A stretch of DNA of 32,000 bases from Psychrobacter sp. HD31 (GTDB lineage Bacteria > Pseudomonadota > Gammaproteobacteria > Pseudomonadales > Moraxellaceae): contig NZ_CP142525.1 of NCBI RefSeq assembly GCF_051097895.1, forward strand, positions 270,001 to 302,000. Reading direction: 5' to 3'. A model generated the notes under the pieces. It made no database searches. It had not been told where the DNA came from and was given only the letters and a program-made list of their open reading frames with translations. Shown piece after piece: positions 10,801 through 18,788 of the stretch. Positions within the stretch are counted from its first letter, which is position 1; every line of letters starts with the position of its first letter. The position numbers were made by a program, and so were the translations under genes.

Positions 10801-11659
10801 GCTGTTTGGCTTGTGGTGCAAAGTCGGTAAGTGCTTGTTGGGCGTTATCAAGTTGGGTGTTTTGGTTGGCAATATCATTGGTTAATTGTGCGATGGTTTT
10901 TTGCCAAATGATTTGCTCATTGAGGGCGTCTAAGGTGCTGGTAAAATGTTGTTGCTGTTTTTGTTGTGCGTCTATTTTTTGTTGTATCTGTTCAACTTGC
11001 TCTGTTGATAGCAACTCAATCCCGTTAAGGGTAGCCGTTAGTTCTTTTAATTTACCATCATGGTTGCGTTTTTTATCAAATACTCGGCGAGAGATGGCCG
11101 CATAAATGTCTGTGCCTGTTATTTTTTCTAAAATATTGGCTCTATCATCCGATTTGGCTTTTAAAAATTTTGCAAAATCACCTTGTGCTAATAAAACCGC
11201 ACGTGTAAATTGCTCAAAATCCATACCAACAAGATCAATAATTTGCTTTTTTGTTAAAGTGGCTTTGCTTTCTAAAATTGTGCCTGTATGGTGTTGGTGT
11301 GATTGCAATCGGCTTAAGGTGTGGGTAACATCTTGTAAGTTTCCATTTGCTTTTTTACGTGCTCGATGTTGTGACCAATTACAGCGGTAAACTTTGCCTT
11401 TTATTTCTAAATCAACCTCTGCCATACACTCAGCACTGCCACGAGTCATGACTTCATTGTTGCTTTTACTGATTTCAACACGAGGCGTTCTGCCGTATAA
11501 AGCCAAACAGATGGCATCTAAAATTGTGGTTTTACCAGCACCAGTTTGTCCTGTAATGGCAAAAATCCCACTATCTTGATAGGCTGGGTTGGTAAAGTCA
11601 ATTTGCCATTCACCTTTTAGTGAGTTTAGGTTTTTTAGTTTTAAAGATAGGATTTTCAT
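7892..11659 (-). CDS. sbcC: SbcC, ATPase subunit of the SbcCD (Mre11/Rad50-type) nuclease
   Basis: 1255-aa ORF. N-terminus MKILSLKLKNLNSLKGEW and Walker A GQTGAGKTT. Long Q-rich coiled coil with a central zinc hook CPICG (about 9860-9871). C-terminal signature LSGGE and Walker B LFLDEGFGTLD. Its start overlaps the sbcD stop. Confidence 0.93.
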   Translation of the reverse strand: MKILSLKLKNLNSLKGEWQIDFTNPAYQDSGIFAITGQTGAGKTTILDAICLALYGRTPRVEISKSNNEVMTRGSAECMAEVDLEIKGKVYRCNWSQHRARKKANGNLQDVTHTLSRLQSHQHHTGTILESKATLTKKQIIDLVGMDFEQFTRAVLLAQGDFAKFLKAKSDDRANILEKITGTDIYAAISRRVFDKKRNHDGKLKELTATLNGIELLSTEQVEQIQQKIDAQQKQQQHFTSTLDALNEQIIWQKTIAQLTNDIANQNTQLDNAQQALTDFAPQAKQLKQANQALEIDGDYLKLAHSEKLQSELIEKQTQLNNQLDIEQKNLESSKTQLQNAHASFTQANTLLETQLPIINQVNTIDGELKHAKNRLAEITQHHTEQQNNVSQIKQQIDDNKTIIENQKSNLSDVNQYLSLHPTHANLSIECDKLTRFCNSIKNLLLANSDAKTELTQLTELSKQLEPKKQAVNQKIKKIEQEINTHQHNLSTQQNNVATLLANKTIVTLRAQLTEANSHQHLLDTLVQQQTPLANLVETKQQLITQRTELNKQLDTQQSTLDHLSQNLKAKQESLALQQKVIKLEQHIAALEQDEACPICGATEHPYLKDLAHGSHPHYDPSNPQIDKLNEITVQVDALKHEVSTNQSSISQLKQNIAVNTTQLNTTLAQIEQIYCHIQSTQPQLVNALKVESLDATSTRVLNSKLVDLQSKQQQKIKSAQAIISQHDEAQQQITQIKQVLQQHTEALNHTQKQLSDISVEEKLYNQRIEHINNRINKNFIDLNSQTDELETLLQRHQHSAPTKLKASIAQSHLLTVNDYEPLIDKLRNIYAEWHTLEKTYRHTQEEKIELEKSISVFDSKQNQLQQQYTQNSQILDELGNKLTEQQLAYQNKINDRQTLFANKNPIEEEQGLRLALEQAQHTYINIKEQQQSLQNNVNHLLKSLSELAISINDNQATLTQQRNLFNQKLGKQGFRDTPHFLAARLPQTQRAHLTKLHDALTSEVARLTTMLENNKHSLQQQRDKQLTKTPLNELLALESQTKLQVNKIAEQIGIYTQQLNENKAKQNKTTQQQQAIDKQKKDNQMWDQLNMLIGSSDGKKFRIFAQGLTFKAMIQNANAQLQKMSDRYLLIMDENEPLELNVIDNYQAGEIRSCKNLSGGESFIISLALALGLSHMASQNINVDSLFLDEGFGTLDEDSLDIALDTLTSLQQTGKLIGVISHVQALKDRISTQIKVEKLSGGISQISGAGVSHC

Positions 11660-12903
11660 TATTCTGCCCTTACATCGTCATGCTCAATTTCATAAACTAT
11701 CTCTTGAAAACATGCCATAAGTTCAGTTCTTTGGTCTTCAGAGATGTCGTGCGTTTCTAAGCAACGGGCAAAGACGTCTTCACGGCTTAAGTCGTGAAGG
11801 GATTCAGACTGTTCTGTCTGTTTTAATATTTTTTGATAGGTTTGCGTATTGTTAATTTTAATAATTTCAATATCACTTGCTTGTACTAATTGATGCAGTT
11901 GTTCTGACAAATTGCTAACTATTTGCTTGGCGTTATAAATTACCTCTATCCAAACAGGTTCATTAAGTGTTTTTAGTTGATTAATTTGCTGTGTGATGTG
12001 GTCCATATCTCCTTTTATTTGGGCAAGCCTTTGAAAAGTTGGTATGTTAATTGGTTTGATGTGCATTTCATCCGTAAATTCGATTAATAAAACTTGTTTT
12101 TGTTGGTTAGCCTCGCCAAAGCCCATAGGTATGGGCGAACCAGAATAACGGATATGCTCGTTTCCGCCCACCAATTGTGGTACGTGCAAATGCCCTAAAG
12201 CCACATAGTCAATAATTGGATCAAACATATTGGCAGAAACCCCACCTAAACTGCCAATGTATAAATCTCGTACGCCATCATCAGAGGTGGTTTTGCCACC
12301 GATTGCCATCAAATGCCCCGTGGCGACTAAAGGCACTTTTTTGCCATATTTTTTTAAGTAATCATTTTGTTTTTGTGCGGCAAACTCGGTTGCTTGAGCA
12401 TAATGTTTTGTTATGCCTGCAACCACTTGTGACTGCTTTTGGGTGCTAGACTCGCCAGCGTTACTTTTTCTAACATCTTTGTCACGCAAGTAGGGTACGG
12501 CAAGGATAATGGCTTGTGGCTCATTATTTTTATTATTTAAGGTAATCACTTCTTCTTCAATATTTTCACAAGCAGTGCCAATGATATGTACGTTGAGAAA
12601 CTTTAATACGTCTTTTGGGGCATCAAGTAGGCTGGGGGAGTCATGATTACCAGCAACAATGATGATGTGTTGGCATGTACCACTTTGAGATATTCTGCCT
12701 AAAAACTCATAATACAATGCCTGTGCTTTGTTGCTTGGGGTCATGCTATCAAAAATATCACCAGCAACAATCAACACGTCGATTTGTTGTTTTACGATAC
12801 AATCATAAAGCCAGTTTAAAAAGGCAGCAAACGTTTCATAACGTGTTTGTCCATAAAGTCGTCTGCCTAAGTGCCAGTCTGATGTATGTAATATTTTAAG
12901 CAT
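11659..12903 (-). CDS. sbcD: SbcD, Mre11-type nuclease subunit of SbcCD
   Basis: Homology begins at internal Met MLKILHTSDWHLGR (ATG complement at 12901-12903). Metallophosphoesterase motifs GDIFD, GNHD and GHLH are present. The track ORF runs to 13017, but those 38 extra codons would overlap a predicted promoter and the upstream gene's terminator. The stop overlaps the sbcC ATG by 1 nt (TAATG). Confidence 0.9.
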   Translation of the reverse strand: MLKILHTSDWHLGRRLYGQTRYETFAAFLNWLYDCIVKQQIDVLIVAGDIFDSMTPSNKAQALYYEFLGRISQSGTCQHIIIVAGNHDSPSLLDAPKDVLKFLNVHIIGTACENIEEEVITLNNKNNEPQAIILAVPYLRDKDVRKSNAGESSTQKQSQVVAGITKHYAQATEFAAQKQNDYLKKYGKKVPLVATGHLMAIGGKTTSDDGVRDLYIGSLGGVSANMFDPIIDYVALGHLHVPQLVGGNEHIRYSGSPIPMGFGEANQQKQVLLIEFTDEMHIKPINIPTFQRLAQIKGDMDHITQQINQLKTLNEPVWIEVIYNAKQIVSNLSEQLHQLVQASDIEIIKINNTQTYQKILKQTEQSESLHDLSREDVFARCLETHDISEDQRTELMACFQEIVYEIEHDDVRAE

Positions 12904-12964
12904 GTTGTATTTTGTATGTAATAAATGGATAGGGTTGCTGAAAAAGTTAACATTGCGTAGTTTA

Positions 12965-12993
12965 ACTATAATTGAATATTTTAGTCTTGTCAG
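12965..12993 (-). promoter_or_regulatory. Putative sigma70 promoter of sbcDC
   Basis: Minus strand reads CTGACA - 17 nt - TATAGT, about 60 nt upstream of the sbcD ATG at 12903. Sequence match only. Confidence 0.3.
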
Positions 12994-13002
12994 CTTTAAA
13001 AG

Positions 13003-13029
13003 CAAAAAACACGACAATATGAGTCGTGT
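13003..13029 (-). terminator. Rho-independent terminator downstream of the DUF697-like gene
   Basis: Minus strand reads ACACGAC-TCATATT-GTCGTGT (7-bp stem) followed by TTTTTGCTTTT. It lies 34 nt after the stop at 13063. Confidence 0.6.
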
Positions 13030-13062
13030 CTGTTGTGGTTTTTGGTGGCATTGTTTAGTGCG

Positions 13063-13575
13063 TTATTCTGGTTTTATAGAGCGCAATTGAATTTGATGTG
13101 CCAATTTATGGCATTCATCAATGTGGTCGGTCGCTATTTTTTTAAAAATGATATAGCCAATACTGGCAGCAACAATTTGCCCACCAAAAGGGATGTACTT
13201 TGTCACTTGCTTAGTGAGGATACGCGTGCCAAAACCTTGGATGGTTTGTTTAACCATGCCACGTGTTGCCATCAAACCCGCAAATGATATTGCACGGTCT
13301 TTTAGTTCTGTATAGCGTTCGTCTTCACTACCGAGCTTGCTAATATCTGAGGGGTTTTCAATCAGCTTAAATTTGGCGGTAATTTCTGGTAGTAGGGCAG
13401 TCAGCATACCAGCATCTACAGCGACGTCAAAAAAAGGGATTGGCACAATGGCAACGCCAGCAGAGACTTTAGCACGTGAGTTAACGATATCTTCACATTG
13501 TTTTCGGATTTTATTTAAATCTATGCTTGGGTCAATGTAGGACGGTAATTCATTAGGGATATTGGCGTTACTCAT
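13063..13575 (-). CDS. Uncharacterised small protein, DUF697/YcjF-like domain (tentative)
   Basis: 170-aa ORF with an AAGG RBS about 8 nt upstream and its own terminator. The segment SAGVAIVPIPFFDVAVDAGMLTALL resembles, from memory, the P-x-P...D core of DUF697. A second hydrophobic segment is IPFGGQIVAASIGYIIF. The coding call is fairly safe; the family assignment is from memory and unverified. Confidence 0.6.
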   Translation of the reverse strand: MSNANIPNELPSYIDPSIDLNKIRKQCEDIVNSRAKVSAGVAIVPIPFFDVAVDAGMLTALLPEITAKFKLIENPSDISKLGSEDERYTELKDRAISFAGLMATRGMVKQTIQGFGTRILTKQVTKYIPFGGQIVAASIGYIIFKKIATDHIDECHKLAHQIQLRSIKPE

Positions 13576-13762
13576 TGTTATACCTTTTTATTTAATCGAT
13601 TCAAAGATAGGATTATCAGCAATTATATGCATAATATGTTAATGATTTTAAAAACTCATGATTACTATATTATGTCTTTTTTAAGTTTTTCAATCATAAC
13701 CTTGTTAAGTTGCGCAAACATTGCTGCTTGGAAACCCACTATTTAAACGCTACAATAATGAT

Positions 13763-15610
13763 ATGTTAACATTAACCCTTCGCTATACTGGTGAGCTACC
13801 TGCTGGACTACAGCCGCTAGCAAAAACCCAACCAACGCTTGCACGCATTTATGCTGGGCGTCATATTACGGATGCCAATCAATTACTAACGCAATTAACC
13901 GACTTATTGCCAGCCAATAGTTTGTTGGGTATTGATGATGCTGTTTTGATAATGGACAAAGCGTTAGATGATGCAAAACGTATTTTAATTGTCGGTGATT
14001 TTGATTGCGATGGGGCGACCAGTACAGCCCTAATGATGCGGGTGTTGACAGAACTTGGCAAACCAAGTGGTGCTACGGTGTCGTTTATCGTACCAGACCG
14101 TTTTAAATATGGGTATGGTTTAACACCAGAAATTGTTGAGCTTGGTATCCGTGAGTTTAATCCTAATTTAATCATTACCGTTGATAACGGAATTTCTAGC
14201 CACGAAGGCGTTGCCAAAGCGCATGAGCATGGCATTGAAGTGATTATTACCGACCATCATTTGACCACCAAACCCACACCACCTGCTGAGGCAGTGGTGA
14301 ATCCTAACCAGTTACACTGCGCGTTTGAAAGTAAATCACTAGTTGGCGTTGGCGTGGCATTTTATGTGCTTGGGCGTTTAGCAAAACACCGACGAGAGCA
14401 AGGCAAATCTAGCTATCAAGTGAGTAAACATCTGGACTTAGTTGCATTAGGAACAATAGCCGATGTGGGTGTGCTTGACCAAAATAACCGAATTTTAGTA
14501 CACCATGGCTTAAATGTGATTAAAGCTGGGCGTTGCTCGGTTGGCATACTTGCAATTTTAGAGCAAACAGGGCGAGACCATCATAAAATCACCTCACAGG
14601 ATTTTGGTTTTGTGATTGCACCACGCATCAATGCTGCTGGGCGTATGGATAATATGAAAATAGGTATTGAATGCCTACTGACAGATGATTGGGGTGTTGC
14701 CCAACGTTTGGCACATCAGCTTGATACCTTAAACAAACAGCGCCGTTCGGTAGAAAGCAAAATGAGAGAAGAAGCAGATGCAGTGCTTCAAACATTGGCG
14801 AATGATGTTGCATCGGTTGACGCCGAGTTGGATGAGGGAGATGTCGCTAAAGATAAGCAAAATTTTGATGATACCGCTTGCTTATCTTCTGACCAAAACC
14901 ATCATAACCCAACGCATAAGTCTCTTGTGCTTTATCAAGACGATTGGCACCAAGGAGTGATTGGCATTGTGGCAGGACGACTAAAAGAAAGCTACTACAA
15001 ACCTGCCATTGTATTTGCTCCCGCTGATACTGCAAAAACAGATGATAACGATTTAATTAAAGGCTCTGCAAGGTCGATTGCTGGCATCCACATTCGGGAT
15101 GCAATAGAACAAGTAGCACAACAAAATCCAGAGTTGGTTTCTCACTTTGGCGGGCATGCAATGGCAGCAGGCTTAACGATTAAAAGGTCCAACTTTAGTG
15201 GGTTTACAAAAGCTTTTAATAAAATATTAGAAGCGGTTGATGATGCAGTATTTACAGAAGAAAAATATACCGATGGACAACTGATAGGGCAAGACTTTAG
15301 CTTATTGTTTGTTGATAACCTTAAACAAGCCAACATTTGGGGGCATGGTTTTGTAGCACCAACTTTTGATGGGATTTTTGAGGTAATTAATCATCGTATT
15401 TTAAAAGATAAGCATCTTAAATTTAGCTTAAAATATCCTGAGGTGCAGTATCCCATTGATGCCATTTGGTTTAATTATGATAATAGCGTCTGGGATTACA
15501 GAGCAAGTAAAGTGCATGTGCTGTTTGAGCTAGATATTAATGAGTGGAATGGTAACCAAAATATTCAGATGATGATAAAAGCGTTAGATGTTACTGAGCT
15601 AACTGCTTAG
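13763..15610 (+). CDS. recJ: Single-stranded-DNA-specific 5'-3' exonuclease RecJ
   Basis: DHH-family motifs DFDCDGATS, ITDHHL and GGHAMAAG, collinear with E. coli RecJ. The track ORF starts at TTG 13721. ATG 13763 (MLTLTLRY...) aligns better with the RecJ N-terminus. Confidence 0.9.
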   Translation: MLTLTLRYTGELPAGLQPLAKTQPTLARIYAGRHITDANQLLTQLTDLLPANSLLGIDDAVLIMDKALDDAKRILIVGDFDCDGATSTALMMRVLTELGKPSGATVSFIVPDRFKYGYGLTPEIVELGIREFNPNLIITVDNGISSHEGVAKAHEHGIEVIITDHHLTTKPTPPAEAVVNPNQLHCAFESKSLVGVGVAFYVLGRLAKHRREQGKSSYQVSKHLDLVALGTIADVGVLDQNNRILVHHGLNVIKAGRCSVGILAILEQTGRDHHKITSQDFGFVIAPRINAAGRMDNMKIGIECLLTDDWGVAQRLAHQLDTLNKQRRSVESKMREEADAVLQTLANDVASVDAELDEGDVAKDKQNFDDTACLSSDQNHHNPTHKSLVLYQDDWHQGVIGIVAGRLKESYYKPAIVFAPADTAKTDDNDLIKGSARSIAGIHIRDAIEQVAQQNPELVSHFGGHAMAAGLTIKRSNFSGFTKAFNKILEAVDDAVFTEEKYTDGQLIGQDFSLLFVDNLKQANIWGHGFVAPTFDGIFEVINHRILKDKHLKFSLKYPEVQYPIDAIWFNYDNSVWDYRASKVHVLFELDINEWNGNQNIQMMIKALDVTELTA

Positions 15611-15702
15611 TTTTTTGCCTTACCTTTATAGTGTGCAATCATAAATAACGGTAGATTAAAACGTTTAATTAGTACTTTTTGTATGCGGTTGTGTAACTAA
15701 AA

Positions 15703-15731
15703 TTGACTGGCATCTTTGTCAGGTTTACTAT
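15703..15731 (+). promoter_or_regulatory. Putative sigma70 promoter of aqpZ
   Basis: TTGACT - 17 nt - TACTAT, about 90 nt upstream of the aqpZ ATG. Sequence match only. Confidence 0.3.
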
Positions 15732-15819
15732 TAAATTATCAAATATTTTAAATAGGAATAACTCCTATTTATGTTAAATTTTTATGTTAAAAAATAATGG
15801 TTACAATTGAGGTAATGTT

Positions 15820-16521
15820 ATGAAAAAATTAATGGCTGAGTTTATCGGCACTATGTGGCTTGTACTTGGCGGTTGTGGTACAGCGGTTTTGGCCACAAAT
15901 GCTGAGCTGTTCCCTGCTTTAAATGTGGGCTTTGTTGGCGTGTCTCTGGCATTTGGTTTAACCGTGGTGACCATGGCTTATGCAATTGGTCATATTTCTG
16001 GTTGTCACCTAAATCCTGCAGTTTCTTTTGGTTTATGGGCGGGTGGTCGTTTCCCTGCAAAAGATTTAGTACCTTACATTGTTTCGCAAGTTTTAGGGGC
16101 AATTGTTGGTGCTGCAATCATTTATTTTATTGCTTCTGGTCAAGCAGGGTTTGATTTAGTTGGTAGTGGTTTTGCTGCTAACGGCTATGGCGAGCATTCT
16201 CCAGGTGGTTACAACATGGTAGCTGCATTAGTAGCAGAAGTGGTTATGACCTTCTTCTTTTTAATTGTGATTTTGGGTGCAACGCACTCTAAAGCACCCG
16301 CTGGTTTTGCAGGTTTAGCCATTGGCTTGGCATTGGTGCTAATCCATTTAATCAGTATCCCAGTTACTAACACCTCTGTTAACCCAGCTCGTAGTACAAG
16401 CCAAGCAATTTTTGTTGGCGGATGGGCGATTCAGCAGCTTTGGTTATTCTGGGTTGCGCCAATCGTGGGTGCAATTTTAGCAGGTGTTACTTATCGATTT
16501 ATGTCACCAGAAAATGACTAA
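15820..16521 (+). CDS. aqpZ: Aquaporin Z (water channel, MIP family)
   Basis: 233-aa ORF with two NPA boxes (HLNPAVS, SVNPARS) and a six-TM hydrophobic pattern. GAGG RBS lies about 7 nt upstream. Confidence 0.92.
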   Translation: MKKLMAEFIGTMWLVLGGCGTAVLATNAELFPALNVGFVGVSLAFGLTVVTMAYAIGHISGCHLNPAVSFGLWAGGRFPAKDLVPYIVSQVLGAIVGAAIIYFIASGQAGFDLVGSGFAANGYGEHSPGGYNMVAALVAEVVMTFFFLIVILGATHSKAPAGFAGLAIGLALVLIHLISIPVTNTSVNPARSTSQAIFVGGWAIQQLWLFWVAPIVGAILAGVTYRFMSPEND

Positions 16522-16553
16522 CTGATAAATATATATCTATAAAAAATATAAAA

Positions 16554-16580
16554 CCACAGGCTAAGCGCTGTGGTTTTTTT
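16554..16580. terminator. Bidirectional rho-independent terminator between convergent aqpZ and bioC
   Basis: CCACAG-GCTAAGCG-CTGTGG followed by TTTTTTT on the + strand. An A-rich run upstream gives a U-rich tail on the minus strand too. Confidence 0.7.
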
Positions 16581-16620
16581 ATGCCGTGATTTTTTATGGC
16601 ACTAAAAATAAAACAATTTG

Positions 16621-17400
16621 CTAGGAGTTAACTGCACTGATTAATAGTACCTCGTAACATAGCTCAACTTGTTGGTTGCTATTACTGTACTGGTTTGTAT
16701 ATTGGCAATAAAATTGTTGTAATGAAGATTTTGTCCACACAAAACTTGACTCATTATTATTAGCGGTAGATACGCCTGTATCTCGGATGTGTTTTAATAC
16801 TTGAGCTGGGGTATCAAAACATAACGTATAATTATGAATGCTAATATCGATTTGATTAAAGCCAAATTTATTTAACTCATCTTCCCATTGTTCAACAGTA
16901 GGGTACTGCAACCCATAACCGGTAATATTTTTAATTTGATAAAAATTTTTGGGTGTAAACGTGTTGAATAATAAGTGCCCACCTGACCGCAACTTTTGTG
17001 CAGAAGAACCAATAAAACTTAAGGGGTTATCAAACCATTGAATTGCATTGGCGCTAACAATAAGGTCATGGTTCGTGCCTAAATCCATCAATTCGGCATC
17101 ACCAAAATAAAACTTGGCATTGGGCAATATTTGGCTAATTTTGTGTGTAGACTTGTTGGTTAAATCATTAATATGCCAACTTTTTGCGGATACCTTTTTT
17201 GCTAGATACTCTGTAAGTATGCCTGTACCAGCGCCAACCTCTAAAATACTATCGTAGTTTTTTACTGGAGCTTGATGTGTGATTAGCGCACAAATCTTTT
17301 TTTGTACAGTGGCATGCTTTCCATAACTGCTCGCATTAGCAAATTGATTTGCAATACTATGTTTGCGTTTTGATAAAGACAGGGTGTTAGGTTGTGACAT
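16621..17400 (-). CDS. bioC: Malonyl-ACP O-methyltransferase BioC (class I SAM methyltransferase)
   Basis: 259-aa ORF with SAM-binding motif ILEVGAGTGILTEYL. It sits 20 nt downstream of bioF in the same orientation. Confidence 0.8.
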   Translation of the reverse strand: MSQPNTLSLSKRKHSIANQFANASSYGKHATVQKKICALITHQAPVKNYDSILEVGAGTGILTEYLAKKVSAKSWHINDLTNKSTHKISQILPNAKFYFGDAELMDLGTNHDLIVSANAIQWFDNPLSFIGSSAQKLRSGGHLLFNTFTPKNFYQIKNITGYGLQYPTVEQWEDELNKFGFNQIDISIHNYTLCFDTPAQVLKHIRDTGVSTANNNESSFVWTKSSLQQFYCQYTNQYSNSNQQVELCYEVLLISAVNS

Positions 17401-17420
17401 AATAAAAACAGATGATTAAA

Positions 17421-18644
17421 CTATAAACATTGTAGCAGTTTTTTATGCTGCTGCTCATTTATTGCTGCATGCATAACCAAACGTACACGGGCGGTATTTG
17501 CTGGCACAGTTGGCGGGCGTATTGGTAGGGCATAAAACCCCGCTTGTTGTAATTGTTGTGCTTTATCTAAGGCCAATGCATTGCTGCCTAAAATATAGGG
17601 AATAATGGCAGACTGACTTGGGTTAGCTTGTTGCATTTTTTCTTCTATGGCTTTTGCTGTCAGGCTTGATAAAGTATGCAACTGTTTGCGCTTATCATTT
17701 AAATAAGGCATTTTTGCTAAAACAAAACGGCTCCATGCGTGTGTCATTGGGGGTAATGCTGTGCTAAAAATTAATGGGCGCAAGCTATTGGTTAGCCATT
17801 TTTTTACAACAGGTTCGCAAATTAAATAAGCCCCCATACTGGCAAATGACTTACCAAATGTGCCTACTAAATAGTCAATATCACCGATGGTGTTTGTCTC
17901 CTCGGCAACGCCGCAACCTGTTTTACCACATACGCCAACGGCATGCGCTTCATCAACATACAGTTCTATACGTTTGTCAGTTTGCTTAATTTTAACCAAT
18001 TCTTTTAAATCTGCTTTGTCGCCATCCATACTAAAGATGCTTTCTGTCACAATAATAATGCGTTGGATATCATCGGCAACGCATTTAATCAGGCTTTGCA
18101 AATGTGCATAATCATTATGGCGATAACGTTTAAAATCGGTTTTATTATTAACTTTTGACAGTTGCAGTCCATCAATGATACTGGCATGTACCAATTTGTC
18201 GGCAATAATCATTGTTTTAACCGGCAATCGCGTTAATGCAGGTAACAAACCAATATTGGCATGATAGCCACTATTAAATACGAGCGCAGACTTTTGAAAA
18301 CTTGCATGCTTTAGCTCTTTACTTTCAGTGGATGCATACCAAACCTCTAACTCATTTTCTAACAAGCTAAGCTGGGTATCATTGCCTGTTAACAGCCTGG
18401 ATGAGGTAGCACCCAGTTTGGGTCGTTCATCCGTCGGCATGTCAGCAATGTAATCTAAAAAATCTGCCTGTAGCTTGTTGTCCATACCAATGGCAAGGTA
18501 GTCGTTACTGGCAATATTTAACAGCTTTTTATTATCTACCTCAACAAATTTTCCATGATGCGTTAAGGCAGGGATGCGGCGGTATTGCTGCTTAGATTGT
18601 AAATGCTCTAAAGCTTGCTGGTAGTGGGCAATACTAGAAACCAT
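17421..18644 (-). CDS. bioF: 8-amino-7-oxononanoate synthase
   Basis: 407-aa alpha-oxoamine synthase. PLP-lysine motif GTFGKSF, DEAHAVG motif, followed by bioC. Confidence 0.88.
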   Translation of the reverse strand: MVSSIAHYQQALEHLQSKQQYRRIPALTHHGKFVEVDNKKLLNIASNDYLAIGMDNKLQADFLDYIADMPTDERPKLGATSSRLLTGNDTQLSLLENELEVWYASTESKELKHASFQKSALVFNSGYHANIGLLPALTRLPVKTMIIADKLVHASIIDGLQLSKVNNKTDFKRYRHNDYAHLQSLIKCVADDIQRIIIVTESIFSMDGDKADLKELVKIKQTDKRIELYVDEAHAVGVCGKTGCGVAEETNTIGDIDYLVGTFGKSFASMGAYLICEPVVKKWLTNSLRPLIFSTALPPMTHAWSRFVLAKMPYLNDKRKQLHTLSSLTAKAIEEKMQQANPSQSAIIPYILGSNALALDKAQQLQQAGFYALPIRPPTVPANTARVRLVMHAAINEQQHKKLLQCL

Positions 18645-18711
18645 GATGCATCTCAGGTAGTGAGGAGATAACGGAAGTTAACTGGCTTTTCATTTTTAAT
18701 CCCTAAAAAAC

Positions 18712-18749
18712 AAAAAATATAAAAAATGGGAATGTCGATACACTCCCAT
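18712..18749 (-). terminator. Rho-independent terminator downstream of fbp
   Basis: Minus strand reads ATGGGAGTG-TATCGA-CATTCCCAT (9-bp stem with one G-U) followed by TTTTTATATTTTTT. It lies 40 nt after the fbp stop. Confidence 0.6.
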
Positions 18750-18788
18750 ATTAGTTAAATATCAATCAATGTTCAACAACAAAAACTG

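Noticed and set aside
8013-11579. Numerous 60-99-aa + strand ORFs inside sbcC (e.g. 9408-9638, 10806-11105, 11106-11390), many conspicuously Cys/Ser/Phe-rich
   Set aside because: They are the antisense reading of CAA/CAG/AAA-rich coiled-coil codons (TTG/CTG/TGC...). They have no RBS or independent signals and lie entirely within a strongly supported gene.
11643-11654. 12-mer AAAGATAGGATT at 11643-11654, 13603-13614 and 28205-28216 (extended consensus AAAGATAGGATTWWCA); considered as an uptake-sequence-like or regulatory word
   Set aside because: Copy 1 is dictated by the conserved SbcC N-terminus (MKILSLK). That leaves only two intergenic copies sharing 13 nt. A rough birthday-type estimate predicts several chance 12-13-mer pairs in 32 kb of AT-rich DNA. 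A genome-wide count would be needed to revive the idea.
12904-13017. 5' extensions of track ORFs: sbcD to 13017, recJ from TTG 13721, pyrB from TTG 19974, ampG to 29781
   Set aside because: Homology to the respective families begins at the internal ATGs (12903, 13763, 20052, 29706). The sbcD extension would overlap a predicted promoter and the neighbouring gene's terminator. The extensions are AT-rich and look non-coding.
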